Virus record (IMG/VR): IMGVR_UViG_3300042387_001477
Source of the DNA: an uncultured virus (IMG/VR IMGVR_UViG_3300042387_001477)
Taxonomy: Duplodnaviria; Heunggongvirae; Uroviricota; Caudoviricetes
DNA length: 64,000 nt
Strand: one strand, 5' to 3'
The position numbers and the translations under genes are program-made. Of this stretch, positions 9,108-20,796 are shown in pieces. A model generated the notes under the pieces. That model searched no databases and was not told where the DNA came from. It saw nothing but the letters and a program-made list of their open reading frames with translations. Numbering within the stretch: position 1 is the first letter of the stretch; every line of letters begins with the position of its first letter.

Positions 9108-10264
9108 GAAATACCTCCGAACATCCAGCGGGAATCGTTTAGTTTGGTTTGAGAAGTGAGAGATTTCTCGATTGAATCAATCAAGAGTTGTTTACATTCT
9201 TTGCCTTGTTTCATGCCGAACATGAATGGGCGATGAATGGGAAGAAGCATTCGATTTACAAACTCAACGGCGAACTCCTTTTTGTCTGGATACATCTTAT
9301 CACCACCTTCAAAGATGGTAGTAAGGTCTTGTGCCACTTCATCAACTGCACCCCAGAAGTCAGACTGGAACTTTCGTAGTCGAGTTGCATCATCTTCAGT
9401 AAGCAGTGGAATCATATCATCTACTGCATCATTAATGATAACTTGAATAATATTCTTTTCTGAGTTGATTTGTTCCTTTGAGCGATGGCGAAGAATATAT
9501 TCATCAGCTTTAACTTTGACCATGTGACCATCATCAAAGCGAATTACTACACCCTCACCATCATCCCATTTACGAATAGTAGTGATTAAGTCTTCATCAA
9601 TAGGAACACTTCCAGAGAATGCAATCACATAAGGAATATCATAATGTGATGCAAGTTCTACCATGTTGAAATATGGTAGATAGTTACCTTTGGTAAGGTT
9701 ACGAATACCAGTGAGAATGAGTTGGTCTTTAGGATAATCAACTACAATACGATTTTTACGAGAACACCATTCAAAGATAGGTGTCATTCCACCTTCAATC
9801 ATGGCACGAATGAAAGTATTGTACTGTGGCTTATCACCAATGAACACTTCTGCATTCATTGCAACATCAGTAATACCAGCCTTCGTACCTAAACGGAATC
9901 CTTCTGGAGTTGGAATAGGACGAATCATCGAACCATCTAGCTTCTCCAGAACTACATGTGAAGCACTCAAGTTGAGTTTATCAATCTGAGTTTCTTCACG
10001 TTCACCTACATTGAAGAATTTGTGATATGGACGAGAAATGATATTGCCAGTATCATTATCAAAGATGAGACCACGACACTCACGACGCATCTTCATGTTG
10101 TAATGAGAACGTTCACGAATGAGTGAGAACGTATCTTCAAATGCAACCATATAGTTGATAACAGTGTACCAACCTTTGTCCATCACTTTAAACTCTGGAC
10201 GATCCTCAATGTGAGGAATCACATCATCAATGTGATTGATGTCAGGAAATGTGTAGTTCATCAT
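9098..10264 (-). CDS. rnlA: RNA ligase 1 (T4 RnlA family)
   Basis: RECRGLIF, RPYHKFFNVGE, EKLDGS, FEW, EGVV, KVK; probable start MMNYTFP. Confidence 0.9.
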   Translation of the reverse strand: MMNYTFPDINHIDDVIPHIEDRPEFKVMDKGWYTVINYMVAFEDTFSLIRERSHYNMKMRRECRGLIFDNDTGNIISRPYHKFFNVGEREETQIDKLNLSASHVVLEKLDGSMIRPIPTPEGFRLGTKAGITDVAMNAEVFIGDKPQYNTFIRAMIEGGMTPIFEWCSRKNRIVVDYPKDQLILTGIRNLTKGNYLPYFNMVELASHYDIPYVIAFSGSVPIDEDLITTIRKWDDGEGVVIRFDDGHMVKVKADEYILRHRSKEQINSEKNIIQVIINDAVDDMIPLLTEDDATRLRKFQSDFWGAVDEVAQDLTTIFEGGDKMYPDKKEFAVEFVNRMLLPIHRPFMFGMKQGKECKQLLIDSIEKSLTSQTKLNDSRWMFGGISWN

Positions 10265-10427
10265 CAAAAGTAAAGTATTCGTAGATTTGAGACATGACAG
10301 CATCATTGATACGTTCAATGATTGCATGTTCTTCAGGGTTTTCTACATGCTTGTGTGCAAGACGCCAACCACGAAGGACACCTTCTTCAATTGCTTGTTC
10401 TAGAATAACACGAGTTTTAACTTTCAT
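10242..10427 (-). CDS. Hypothetical protein
   Basis: Probable start MKVKTRVILEQ; operon packing. Confidence 0.65.
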   Translation of the reverse strand: MKVKTRVILEQAIEEGVLRGWRLAHKHVENPEEHAIIERINDAVMSQIYEYFTFDDELHIS

Positions 10428-10606
10428 CGAATTCCCTCCGACATTGTTCAAAGTGCAACCATGCAAGCTCTTCACGCTCACGCAAACTTGTAATGACAGC
10501 AGCAGCAATCTCAGGCCACTCATCTTTGCTATTCTGCCACCAATCTTTGAAGTCAGGTGGCATTACTTTGGAAAGCTCATCATCATAAGCTTTGAGTCGT
10601 TCAAGA

Positions 10607-10966
10607 TCAGTCATTGTCCCAAGGTGCAGGTCGAGAGAGTAATTGTCGTAGAAATGGTGTGGGTGGATCTGGATTATTGATCTTCTCCATCATAGAGTCA
10701 AAAGCTTCTTCTGTCAAGTAGATGGTCTCTGGGAGGTCATCAGGAGAACTTATACTCATCATAGCTTCTTCTGTACCTGGGTCATTGATGAAAGCATCAT
10801 ACTCCATAGTCCACCAGCCATTGTTTAATTCATACCAAAAATCTGCATATAAATGTCGGTCATCAAGACGATAACCTTGATGACAGTATAGACGATACCA
10901 ATACCAGAAAGGTTTATACTTAATCGGTTTAAATCCGATTATCCATTTGTTTATAAGAGTAATCAT
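10607..10966 (-). CDS. Trp-rich small protein (FW..LN family)
   Basis: FWYELNNGW. Confidence 0.65.
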   Translation of the reverse strand: MITLINKWIIGFKPIKYKPFWYWYRLYCHQGYRLDDRHLYADFWYELNNGWWTMEYDAFINDPGTEEAMMSISSPDDLPETIYLTEEAFDSMMEKINNPDPPTPFLRQLLSRPAPWDND

Positions 10967-11266
10967 AGAGTAAATTAGACATATTTTCTAAAAATTTCTA
11001 ATGTAATTCTTTCACCTCTATCAACTGGGAGGGGCATAAAATTCGATGAAGAAGGTGAGGAGAAATAATCAAAATGATTTATACTAAGATGATTGCAATT
11101 AAGTTCTGTCTTACAATCAGTCATAATTGCTCTACCAGATTTGAGGTCTTCAAGTAGTGCTTCAAAAGTTGCGATTGTGCCGTCGTGTCTTGTATAAGGT
11201 TTTGAAACTGGTTTAGGTTCTTCTTTTTTTGGTTTGTAAAGTTCTTCGTATTTTGCTATAAGAGGA

Positions 11267-11449
11267 TTAGAAGTCATAATAAGTTGTAGTGTTTCCGAAG
11301 TTTAGGTAATGCCAGAATAGTTCCCTCATTCTATCTTCATCTGGGTATTCGTCAAGGTGGTTCCACATATGATTTCTCCAAGACCACACACAAAACTCAA
11401 ATAGTGAAATAGAAGTCCAAATAGTCCATCTGCGGAAGGTGTCAATCAT
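11267..11449 (-). CDS. Trp-rich small protein (FW..LN family)
   Basis: FWHYLNFG. Confidence 0.6.
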   Translation of the reverse strand: MIDTFRRWTIWTSISLFEFCVWSWRNHMWNHLDEYPDEDRMRELFWHYLNFGNTTTYYDF

Positions 11450-11693
11450 TTAGCATATCCTCAAAATCTCTGGGTTCTACATAAGGGTCTTCACAACCAG
11501 TATAAGCATACATCTTATTGTTCATCTTATACCAATCGTGATTGAGAGCATACCAGAAGGTCATACAATACCAATCATAAAATCCGAGACCCTCATCATA
11601 AGAACCCCAGACATTAGTTTCTTCTGGAACTCTCATCCAGATTTTCCAATAATCAAAAATCAATTTCGTGAGTTTCATTGTGCTTTTTTTCAA
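11442..11693 (-). CDS. Trp-rich small protein (FW..LN family)
   Basis: FWYALNHDW. Confidence 0.6.
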   Translation of the reverse strand: MKKSTMKLTKLIFDYWKIWMRVPEETNVWGSYDEGLGFYDWYCMTFWYALNHDWYKMNNKMYAYTGCEDPYVEPRDFEDMLND

Positions 11694-12007
11694 GAACTCT
11701 AATAATATCCCAAACAGTATTCATTTCACCGTAAATGGGATGCCATAAACCAACATCGCAATATCTATTACATTTGCGATGTGTCTTTCTAATCCAATCA
11801 GCAACTTCTTTATATGTAAGATTTTCATTCATATGTCATTTTCTTTTACCAGAGTTTTCATAAATGATTGCTTGTTCCAAAGACATTCCAAGATAGGTGT
11901 AATCAATCTTACCACTACTATCAGTTAAATCAGGATGAACCCAATAATTTGGATGATACCAATCAGTCCATCCAAGTGCTCTCAAATCATCAGCAGTTTT
12001 TACTTCT

Positions 12008-12223
12008 TTATTCATCATCGCAGTCAAAATAATCCCCATCAAATAAGTTATCATAATTGTTGAGTACTTGATAAAACCACCAAGCATCTTCTTCAACATC
12101 AATCAATCTATGCTGACACACCCATTTTGTATAATATCTTTCAGGGAACATTAGAATATACCAACAATCAAAAGCACTTCTCCAAGTGCGTCTGTTATTC
12201 CAGAGGGTTTTGAGTTTATTCAT
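12008..12223 (-). CDS. Trp-rich small protein (FW..LN family, divergent)
   Basis: WWFYQVLNNY. Confidence 0.55.
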   Translation of the reverse strand: MNKLKTLWNNRRTWRSAFDCWYILMFPERYYTKWVCQHRLIDVEEDAWWFYQVLNNYDNLFDGDYFDCDDE

Positions 12224-14712
12224 AAAACCTCACATAATGCTTGAACTGTCCAACGAGTAATAAATCCTTGTGTGGTATATTTCATTTTATACCCTCCAAT
12301 GAACAGCACTGCTTCATCTTTAGTATTAAATGGACCGAAGTTGCGATAGAATACTTCATTTGGATTATGAATACCCGCATCAGTATAAGTTCTGACAATC
12401 CACTTATGAGAATGTTCTGGGTAAGTGTCGTTTTCTTCTATGTATTTGTAGTATTCTTCTTTATTCATAATGCATCATCAACCCAAAAGAATCCAAGACA
12501 AGTTTTCATAAAGAACCTCACCAAACGATTAGGTTTTTCATTCATATAATACCTGAAATATCGTCGATTTCCAATCGTATAATAACCTTCGTGTGTGTTT
12601 CCCTGTTTGATTACAAAAGAGGTTTCAGCATAAGGATTAGTACTCAATCCAGTTCCATAAGTAAGTTTTGCGTAAGGTGGAAACTCTCCGTGCTCCTTCG
12701 CATACTCAAAATCACGAATAATCCTATCAAACTTTCGATTGTATCTTTCCTCAGCCTGCTCTCTTGACCACTTAGAGCACATCCTGAACTTCTCTATCTG
12801 GGCATCAATCTTCTCATCAAACTCTTGTTGGATTTCTTCAATACTCTTTCTGGGTTCAGGTAAATCCAAGTATGGTTTAACTAAATCAAAATACTCAAAC
12901 TCTTCTGTAAAATAAAAACAACTAAACAAATAAGGAAGAATTTGTCTTGGTGCTTTTTTGAGTTTATCTGGATTGAGTTTGTATCCTGGTGTTCCTACCC
13001 AAGTTTTTAGTGTTGGTTCAGTCATAATCAGTTCCAATAAGGTTTGCGAGTTCTTGAATGGTCATTTTACGAAGTTCATCAAGAGTAATAGAATTTGCCG
13101 CAACATTTCTTACTCCCCAATCATATCCAGCATTATAACCCTTTGCTCTTGCCTCATCAAATGCTCCATTCCATTCTATGTTTAGATTTCGTAAATTTCT
13201 ATGACTTTTGATTAGTCGTGCAACAGTCATTTCCCCCTGTTTTGCATATTCTTTATGAATTTCTTTATTGTATTCTTCAAGTAGTTGTTCGTCTGTTGGT
13301 TCAATCATAGTTTTCAAGTTCCTCACACAATTCTAACACATCATCATAAATCACAGGGAAATAGTCCAAAGAGTAAGAGGTGCTACCTCCATAAACATCA
13401 TCAAACTCTACAAAAAGTTCTTGAAGTTTATAATCAGGGTCAGTCATCGGATTCCAGTGTCAAAGAGTTTTTTCAGTTCATTATGAAGTTTTCGCAAGTC
13501 ATCATAAAGACCTCCATATGAGAATTGGTCTTGTTGTTTTACTGATTGTAGAAGATTGTAGAGTTGTCGTGCTTGGTCTTCTGTGAATTCAATTTTATAA
13601 CTGATTTGTTTTTCAATCATTTTCAATCTCCTTTGCGTTTACCCATTCAGCAGTTTTCCATTCACTCCATAATTCACTTTCATAAATGCTGGGAGGACAT
13701 AAACCACCAGAAATATCAATAGTAAAAATATGATACCGATACTGAAAATCTGGACGGCACATCGGTCCATTATCAATAACTCTCATTTCAATCATTTCCG
13801 TGCCTCCCAAAATCTACCTTCTGGACCACAAGAGTAATCAAGTTCTTTCCATAGTTCTGCTCTCAGCATATCACAAAACCTGTTTTCATTACCAGTTACA
13901 GGATTTTGTGTTGTATTTGGTGAGGCACACATATCATACATGGAAGTTCTCATCATAATGTGTTCCAACCAAGATTTGCGATACCACTTACAATTTTTGC
14001 AAAGTTTAGTTTCAGTCATTTCAAATACCTGCGTCAGCATCAATAGTGAAGTTTGGTTTGTCTGTGATGATCTCTACACTCATACTATCCATAATTCCAG
14101 CAATTGCATTCCTCACATTCTCCCTTGATTGGGCAGTATAATATCCATTCCAGTTTGATACTGCTAGAGAATGAGTGAGTGTATCAGTAATAACTGCGAG
14201 TTCGTGTGCTGTTAGTTTCATTTTGTCAAAAAATCTCCAAGTTTAGGAATTTCACCACAATACCCATTTACTTCTGATGGACTTCTACCTTTGAATGCAA
14301 TTCTACACTCCATAGATTTGACATAAGTTTGTTTATACAGACTTTGCTTTTCCGTTTCAGTATGGAAATACCAAAACACCAAACTAATGATGACGGTAAA
14401 ACCAAACATAATACACATAGCAATTAGTGCTTCATCATTAAATTTCATTAGTTTCCTCAACAATCAAACAATATCGACATTGGAAAGCAAAAGCATCCTT
14501 TTCATGAATAAATTTCTCTCCATTTAGTTCCCAAGAATACACAACTTCAATCCAAGGGTCGGTGGCTCCATAAGTATTGAAACCTTCAACAGTCACAAAA
14601 CCTTTGGAACCATCTGCTCGTGCCCAACGAGAACCAACTTGGATTTCGTGTGCCTTGAAGAAATGACGGACAACTACTCTGCGTCCATCTATGATTTCAG
14701 TTTCGTAGTTCA

Positions 14713-15015
14713 TTACCATTGCTCCACAGGGATATAACCTACACTATGGCAGGTATCACATTCATAAAGATGACACTCACCCCAAGAGTATTCTGGTGGT
14801 AGATTGTCCTCATCAAAGTCAGCAGCATACTGGGCACTCACTTCCTTGAACTGTTCATTACTTTGGTCTGGGTCATCTTTCAGAACATAGTGAAGTGTCC
14901 AACTCTCACCATCACCTTGGCAATCAGGACACTTACGGAATCCCAATTCACCTTTGATGATAGCACGAAGTTCTGCTGCCTCCAAAAGAAGGTCGTTGCC
15001 GTAGGAAAGTTGCAT
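14713..15015 (-). CDS. Small zinc-finger protein
   Basis: CPDCQGDG ... CDTCHSVG, a DnaJ-like CxxCxGxG pair. Confidence 0.65.
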   Translation of the reverse strand: MQLSYGNDLLLEAAELRAIIKGELGFRKCPDCQGDGESWTLHYVLKDDPDQSNEQFKEVSAQYAADFDEDNLPPEYSWGECHLYECDTCHSVGYIPVEQW

Positions 15016-15249
15016 CAGATTTGCTCCAGTTCAGTTGCGATTTTGAGAATGTCATCAACAAGAACCACCTCTTCCGTTACGCCAACTCTTGTGTCGGCAA
15101 AGGTGCTTTGTTTTGCAAGAGCACGAAGGGCAGCAGCAAGAGCCATCAAGTCGGCAAACGAAGTATCTAAGATAACTCCTTGAAAACCATCTAGCACTTC
15201 CTGTGCATCTGGTGAAAGTTCAGTCATCGGTTTGGTTGCTTACAAGGTT

Positions 15250-15308
15250 ATTATACAACGAAACAGAGGGTGGTGGAACCCTCCGTGTGCCAGTTCTTCA
15301 AGTGTCCA
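15250..15308 (-). promoter_or_regulatory. Early promoter with upstream palindromic element
   Basis: TTCCAC-N17-TATAAT (15250-15278); GTGCCAGTTCTTCAAGTGTCCA at 15287-15308 (+ strand reading). Confidence 0.65.
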
Positions 15309-18300
15309 ACATCTTACGAATTTTATCACCAATCAGTTCAAGAATACTTTTTTGTCTTGGAGACCAAGCACTATAATTCATACAAATGTGATTGTATAGT
15401 CGTGGAAACTGATGAACAATATTACAATAATCACCACCAGATTTCAAACATTTATCAAATTCAATACCATTAGAACTTTTACAACAATGAATACAGTTAT
15501 GACAGTTGATTGCAAGACCAGAAGCAGAATCAATTTGAGTATCAATCAGTCCTTCCAGTTGTGCTCGTTTTTGTTCAAGATTAGTCATCATTCCATCCAT
15601 CAAAGTGATCAGTAAAAAATCCAAATGCTAAACAAAACCTTCGTTGTTGAAAATCTACACCAAAAAGAGAACTGCCAAAGAAAGAAAACAAGATGTTGAT
15701 ACCACCAGAAGAATGAATTATTTTGCCAGGAGTTTCACAAGATACCCAGAGTAGTGATTTGTTTTTGATGATACCAAACTGCCAGGTGTGAGATACTTCA
15801 CCATCCTGATAAGTTTTTTTGTCGTGCTGATAAAGCTTCACTTCAAAACCTCATTCACATCAACAGCATCATAATCATCAATACAAAGTTTAAACCTTAC
15901 AAAATCAGTAAAGTCCATAGCATCACATTCATAAACACAATGCCCACCATTATTATCACTTTGAGTATAATTGGTGAAGTAATCGTCAAAAACTACCATA
16001 ATGGCAAGAGCACGAGATTGGTCGTGTTCTGTGATAGTTTTGTGTGGGTGTGCTACGATTCTAGTGATACACTCAAATAGCTCTTCACGAGTGTATGAGA
16101 ATGCATTTGCTTCTTCATTTAGTTTGTAAGTCATTCATCCATTCCTCATAGCGTGTGTTAATCTTACCATCATTTAGGAAAATATTCAAGTGTCCTGTGT
16201 TACCATTCTCAAAATAGAATGCCATCCACACATGATGCCCTTCATCCATCACCTCATAGTGATAGCTCTTGATATTATCAAGCAGAAACTCATCAGGGTT
16301 ATAGAGTTCTTTATCCATTATATTTCATCTCCTTAATCAGAGCAGTAAAGAATGCGATGCGGTCTTTTGAATACTCAATGTCTACACCGTAACCATTGCA
16401 GAAGGACTCAAGTTGTCGTTCAGTGTGTGTAGGATAACTGCTATTGAACCTAGCATATGTGATGTGTTCAATAAACTCTTGTTTCATAATCTCAAACAGA
16501 CGCACTTGATCATCTTTTGAGAATTCTACCTCACGTTCAGTAGGAAAGTGCCCGTTGAATTTGATTTTTGTCATGAGAAGTTATAGTGAACTTTTGTATG
16601 AAACTCTTTAAAACAACTCTTATTGAGAAGTTTCATCATTGCTGGAGGAATGTAGTATGAATATTCACTGAAGAAATCTTCTTTATTGAGAAATCTAAGA
16701 CCATGAAGATGCCAAGTGCCAAACTGCTCATGGAATGCTCTCACAGCACGATATTGCTTAGAATTAACAGGTACATAGAATTTACCTTCAGCAAAGTCAT
16801 CACCATATGGAGTTGCCTGTGTCATCATAATACACACGGTTTGACCTTCGCCAGTTGCCCCATATTCAGCAACCATATACACCCAGTATTCACTCATTGG
16901 GAATACATCACGTTGATACTTCTTCTCATATTCTTTCATACAAGCATCAGCTACCAGTTGAAAGTTTTCTTTCTTCTTTGCTTGCAGTTCTTCAATCAGT
17001 TCTTCGTGTTCAATCTTACGAAGTTCTTTAAGAGCATCAGAATACTTGTCAATACCAGCAATAGCAGTTCTCACAGCATCCATACGCTCACGCTCTTCAG
17101 TTTCAATCTCAGCAAGTTCTTTTAGAGCATCGCCATTCACCGCATACAGTTTTTGTACTGCTTCCCATGCTTTTTTGTTTACTTCCTCTCGTTTTTTTGC
17201 TTCTTCAAGCATTTCTTCATGTGTAGGTTCAATCATGGTTCCCAAGCGTAAGATTTTAATAGTTGATTGTCTTTTTCCAGTTGTTCAATTCGTTCATTCA
17301 TCTCTTGCAGAAGTTCAATCAAAGCAAGAGTATCAATCGTTTCTGTGTCTTGCCCATTCTCCATGTCAATATACTGAGAATAGAAAAGTTCTTGTTTGAA
17401 GTTTCGTTGACTCATCCCAGTTTCCTCTTAATTGTTTCCAAACAATCATTCCATCCTGCCACCAGTTCTTCAACACCAACACATTGAGAACCTTCGGCAG
17501 ATTGATAACTAGGCATCCATTTCCAAATCCTTTCAACAAGATCTTTGATGCATGTGTCAGAATCTCCATCAACTCCAGTGGTAAAAATATCACTCCACCA
17601 ATCTTCAATCACATCATACAAAGTAGGACCAAAGGTAAACTTGAATGAGCTTTCTGGATTAGCAGAGATGTCAGCAGCAAACAGTTGCTCAAGCAATCGG
17701 AATGTTTCAGGATCATCTACACGAGTGAGTTGTGTTCCTTCATCATTCTCACGCCACCACTTAATCCAATCATCACTATGAAGATACTTCATACGGTAGT
17801 ATTTGATGGTATTGTACTCAACACAATAAACGCTACCTTCTTTGAGAAGTTCCATTTTAGGAATTGGTGTCTTTTCAATCTCTTCAAGAAGTGCTACTTT
17901 CTTTTCAAGAATTTTAAGTTGTGCTTTCAGTTCTTCAAGTTCAGTCATTTTATGAATGTGTAGTTGTGTTTTAGGCGATACTGATCCTGGTCCTCTCAAA
18001 TATCCAGAATCAAGTAACTTATACTCTCCATTCGGTGATATAATTTTAATACCAGTCATAAATCATAAGGTTGCTGTGGATCTCTAGTCCATACTTTATT
18101 ATATACTAACCATTTCTCTTGTTTACTATCCATTTCAGCAGACCAGTGATATCCATTTACATCAACGGCATCTAGATAATGAATTCCTGCCCTGTCATCA
18201 ATCACACGAGTGACAGTTACAAACTTTACTTTCTCAACCATTTTTCACAACCTCAAATGTGGGAACACCTTTTTCATCAAACTCTACAGCAAGATTTACT

Positions 18301-18785
18301 GTATAACCAACATTAGTTTTCCATACTGCATTCTGGAACTCTGGAGTTTCTTTCTCTGGATACTTTGCTTTGTAAGTTCCATCTACGAATTCATTAGCAT
18401 CCTCATCACCAAGATAGTGAAGATTGATGAATTTTCGTAGTTTTACTTGGTCATAACTTGAAAGTTCAACTGTTACTGGAACAATAAACTTGTTCTCTGG
18501 TTTTAAAAGATCATCAAGGTCAGTCATCAAAGTTTCTCCTGTACCATTCAAGATTTCTTGGTTTTGTATCAACTATACTACAATCAAATTGAAATCTGTG
18601 CCAACGAAAGAAAAATCCAAGCAAATGACTAGAACCAATACTCAATGATATTGCTGGGAAGATTTCATCAGAACCATCATCATCCCATTGGAGAGTAAAA
18701 TCAAACAGAGCAAAATTACGACGTGTAAGTATTTGGAGGAACCATTCTTTTCCATAGTCCTCGTAAGTTTGATAATCAAATAGTT

Positions 18786-19850
18786 TCATCGGTCTTTGTG
18801 CTTCAAAAGATAAGAGTTAGCAATCGCCTTGAAAGTGAAATCACTATCATACGACTTGAATACCAGACCTTCACGCTTAGTTTGAGGATTCAGCGATGGA
18901 CCTTCAGCAAATGACAGAAGATCATCAATCGTGCTGAATTCATTGGTGACAATACAGACAGTATCAATAAAAGGAACATGATTAATATAAGCATCATAGT
19001 TAAGATTCATCTTATCCATAATACTGTAGCGTTCTTGAGGTTTCAGATAACGACCCTCAGTGATACTGTAGATGTCAAACAGATAGAAGTGTTGACCTTC
19101 GATTTTCTCAGGATTGCCCTGGATACCTTCACCAATTAGTTCACCTTGAATGGCATACTCTTCACCTTTGTCTTCACTGATACGGGCAAGTGCCTCAACG
19201 ATATTCTGTTCCCGTGCTGCCTTCCAGAAACTATTACCTTCAGTTTCAATCAGATCAATATTACGGGAACACACACCAACTTCACCATTCTTGACGTAGA
19301 CAGTCATGCTGCTACCATCAAGTTTGGTAGTAACTTCATAGGTTTCACCTTCATGTTCCTCAAAGATTTCCCTGCGAAGATTCTGACAGCGTTCTTGATC
19401 AGTTTTAGGAATGAAGTGAGGGAAGTTACCCTTCATCGTGCCCTGAAGTTGAGCAGGAATAGGTGGTTCCCACTTCTGCACTTCAAGAATATGAGATACA
19501 TTTTCACCAATCGCCAAATCCATATAGATAATAGAATTAGGAATATCCGATGGTTTGATTAGAAGTCCCTGACTGAGTTGACCACGAAGTTTCACAGTGC
19601 GAAGACGCTCACCCTTTACACCATTATATTCACGAGGTTCTTGACCCTTACTCAGAAAAGGAGCAAGTTTGTGAGGAACCCAACTATCAATCTCAAGATA
19701 GATGGCAACATCACCAACTTGATATTCACCTTTACGAATAACTACAGGCCAACCACCATTTACGATGGCACATTCAATAGCATCAGCACCTTCAATAGGT
19801 TTGATGTAAGTGATTTCAGCAACGCTGGCAAGCTTTCTCACAGTATTCAT
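18786..19850 (-). CDS. RNA ligase, Rnl2/DRB0094 family
   Basis: N-terminal OB-like domain (RKLASV, YLEIDS, KLRGQLSQGL), KTDQERCQN, KLDGSS, QGELIG, FDIY, REGLVFK. Confidence 0.9.
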   Translation of the reverse strand: MNTVRKLASVAEITYIKPIEGADAIECAIVNGGWPVVIRKGEYQVGDVAIYLEIDSWVPHKLAPFLSKGQEPREYNGVKGERLRTVKLRGQLSQGLLIKPSDIPNSIIYMDLAIGENVSHILEVQKWEPPIPAQLQGTMKGNFPHFIPKTDQERCQNLRREIFEEHEGETYEVTTKLDGSSMTVYVKNGEVGVCSRNIDLIETEGNSFWKAAREQNIVEALARISEDKGEEYAIQGELIGEGIQGNPEKIEGQHFYLFDIYSITEGRYLKPQERYSIMDKMNLNYDAYINHVPFIDTVCIVTNEFSTIDDLLSFAEGPSLNPQTKREGLVFKSYDSDFTFKAIANSYLLKHKDR

Positions 19851-20158
19851 GGCAGAGGAGGCAGTGGTGGAGGTGGAGTTTGTTGAGTTTGTGGTACTGG
19901 AGGTAGTATAGCAGGTTGTGGTGCTGGTGTCAAGGGTGGTTGTGGAGGTTCCTCGACTGGGTGTGGTGCAGGAGTTTCAGCTACCACTTCTGGTTTACTT
20001 AAATCTTCTAGTTTCTGATCTAGTTGATTAATCTTCTGATCTAATACTGTTGGCGGTACATCTGAATTTACTTGTGCAAGCTTCCATCCAGCTGCACCAG
20101 CACCAAAAATACTCGCTAGAGCTGCAACAGTTGAGATAGTCGATTGAAATTTACTCAT
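19847..20158 (-). CDS. Membrane-anchored proline-rich protein
   Basis: TM helix, short coil, poly-Pro tail. Confidence 0.65.
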   Translation of the reverse strand: MSKFQSTISTVAALASIFGAGAAGWKLAQVNSDVPPTVLDQKINQLDQKLEDLSKPEVVAETPAPHPVEEPPQPPLTPAPQPAILPPVPQTQQTPPPPLPPLP

Positions 20159-20361
20159 GGCAGTTGTTCAAGTTCGTTTGATAAAGCAATTAAATCGTTT
20201 TTATCAATTACAGACATATTGTTCATCTTCTGAGCAACAAAAGTCTTGCAGTGATCTAGAGTCTTGCGAATGACTGCTGATACCAGTTTCTCTTCAGTAT
20301 CAGCCCAGGAGTGTCTCTCCTCCCAGATCTCTGTCATTAACTTCTGTGCTCTGTCTGTCAT
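20155..20361 (-). CDS. Hypothetical protein
   Basis: Operon packing. Confidence 0.6.
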   Translation of the reverse strand: MTDRAQKLMTEIWEERHSWADTEEKLVSAVIRKTLDHCKTFVAQKMNNMSVIDKNDLIALSNELEQLP

Positions 20362-20451
20362 TTGTTCTCACTGTATTGTGTAGTTTAGAAGCCCAATGAA
20401 GATTGGGCCAAGTGTCACGAAAGATTTCGTTTAGTTTTTCGTTGTCGTATA

Positions 20452-20658
20452 TCATTTACTTACTACTTCAAAGCAGACAGAATTAAATTTGCCAGCTACT
20501 CCTCGTAATTCTACTTTAGTATGATTGGAATGAATGTACACATGTTCCACATAATACTTGTCGCCAACAAATAAATGTGGATTTGGATCATCATTACTCC
20601 CCCATCTGATTTGTTCTCGGGAGCAACCTAAGAATCTAACTGTGTCTCCTGCTCTCAT
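20452..20658 (-). CDS. Hypothetical protein
   Basis: GD.V.F.G...Q..WG..DDP...FNSVCFE pattern typical of cyanophage small ORFs. Confidence 0.65.
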   Translation of the reverse strand: MRAGDTVRFLGCSREQIRWGSNDDPNPHLFVGDKYYVEHVYIHSNHTKVELRGVAGKFNSVCFEVVSK

Positions 20659-20796
20659 TGTTTTAATTTGGTTTCGGTGAATAAACTTTCTAGGATTTCA
20701 TCACAAATACCATACTCTTTTCCGTTTAATGGGACTCGATTCATTTGATAGTATCGAACTGCATTGAAGATAATCTTTTTTTGTTCAAGAGTAAAT

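Larger units (their letters stand above)
10417..18789 (-). other. Dense array of about 35 small hypothetical ORFs (early/host-takeover region)
   Basis: Contiguous ORFs of about 48-224 aa with frequent ATGA-type overlaps (e.g. 10417-10614, 10975-11277, 12220-12468, 12465-13037, 14438-14719, 15838-16134, 16571-17245, 17412-18059, 18234-18572); sub-60-aa ORFs fill the gaps (e.g. 11653-11832). Confidence 0.75.
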
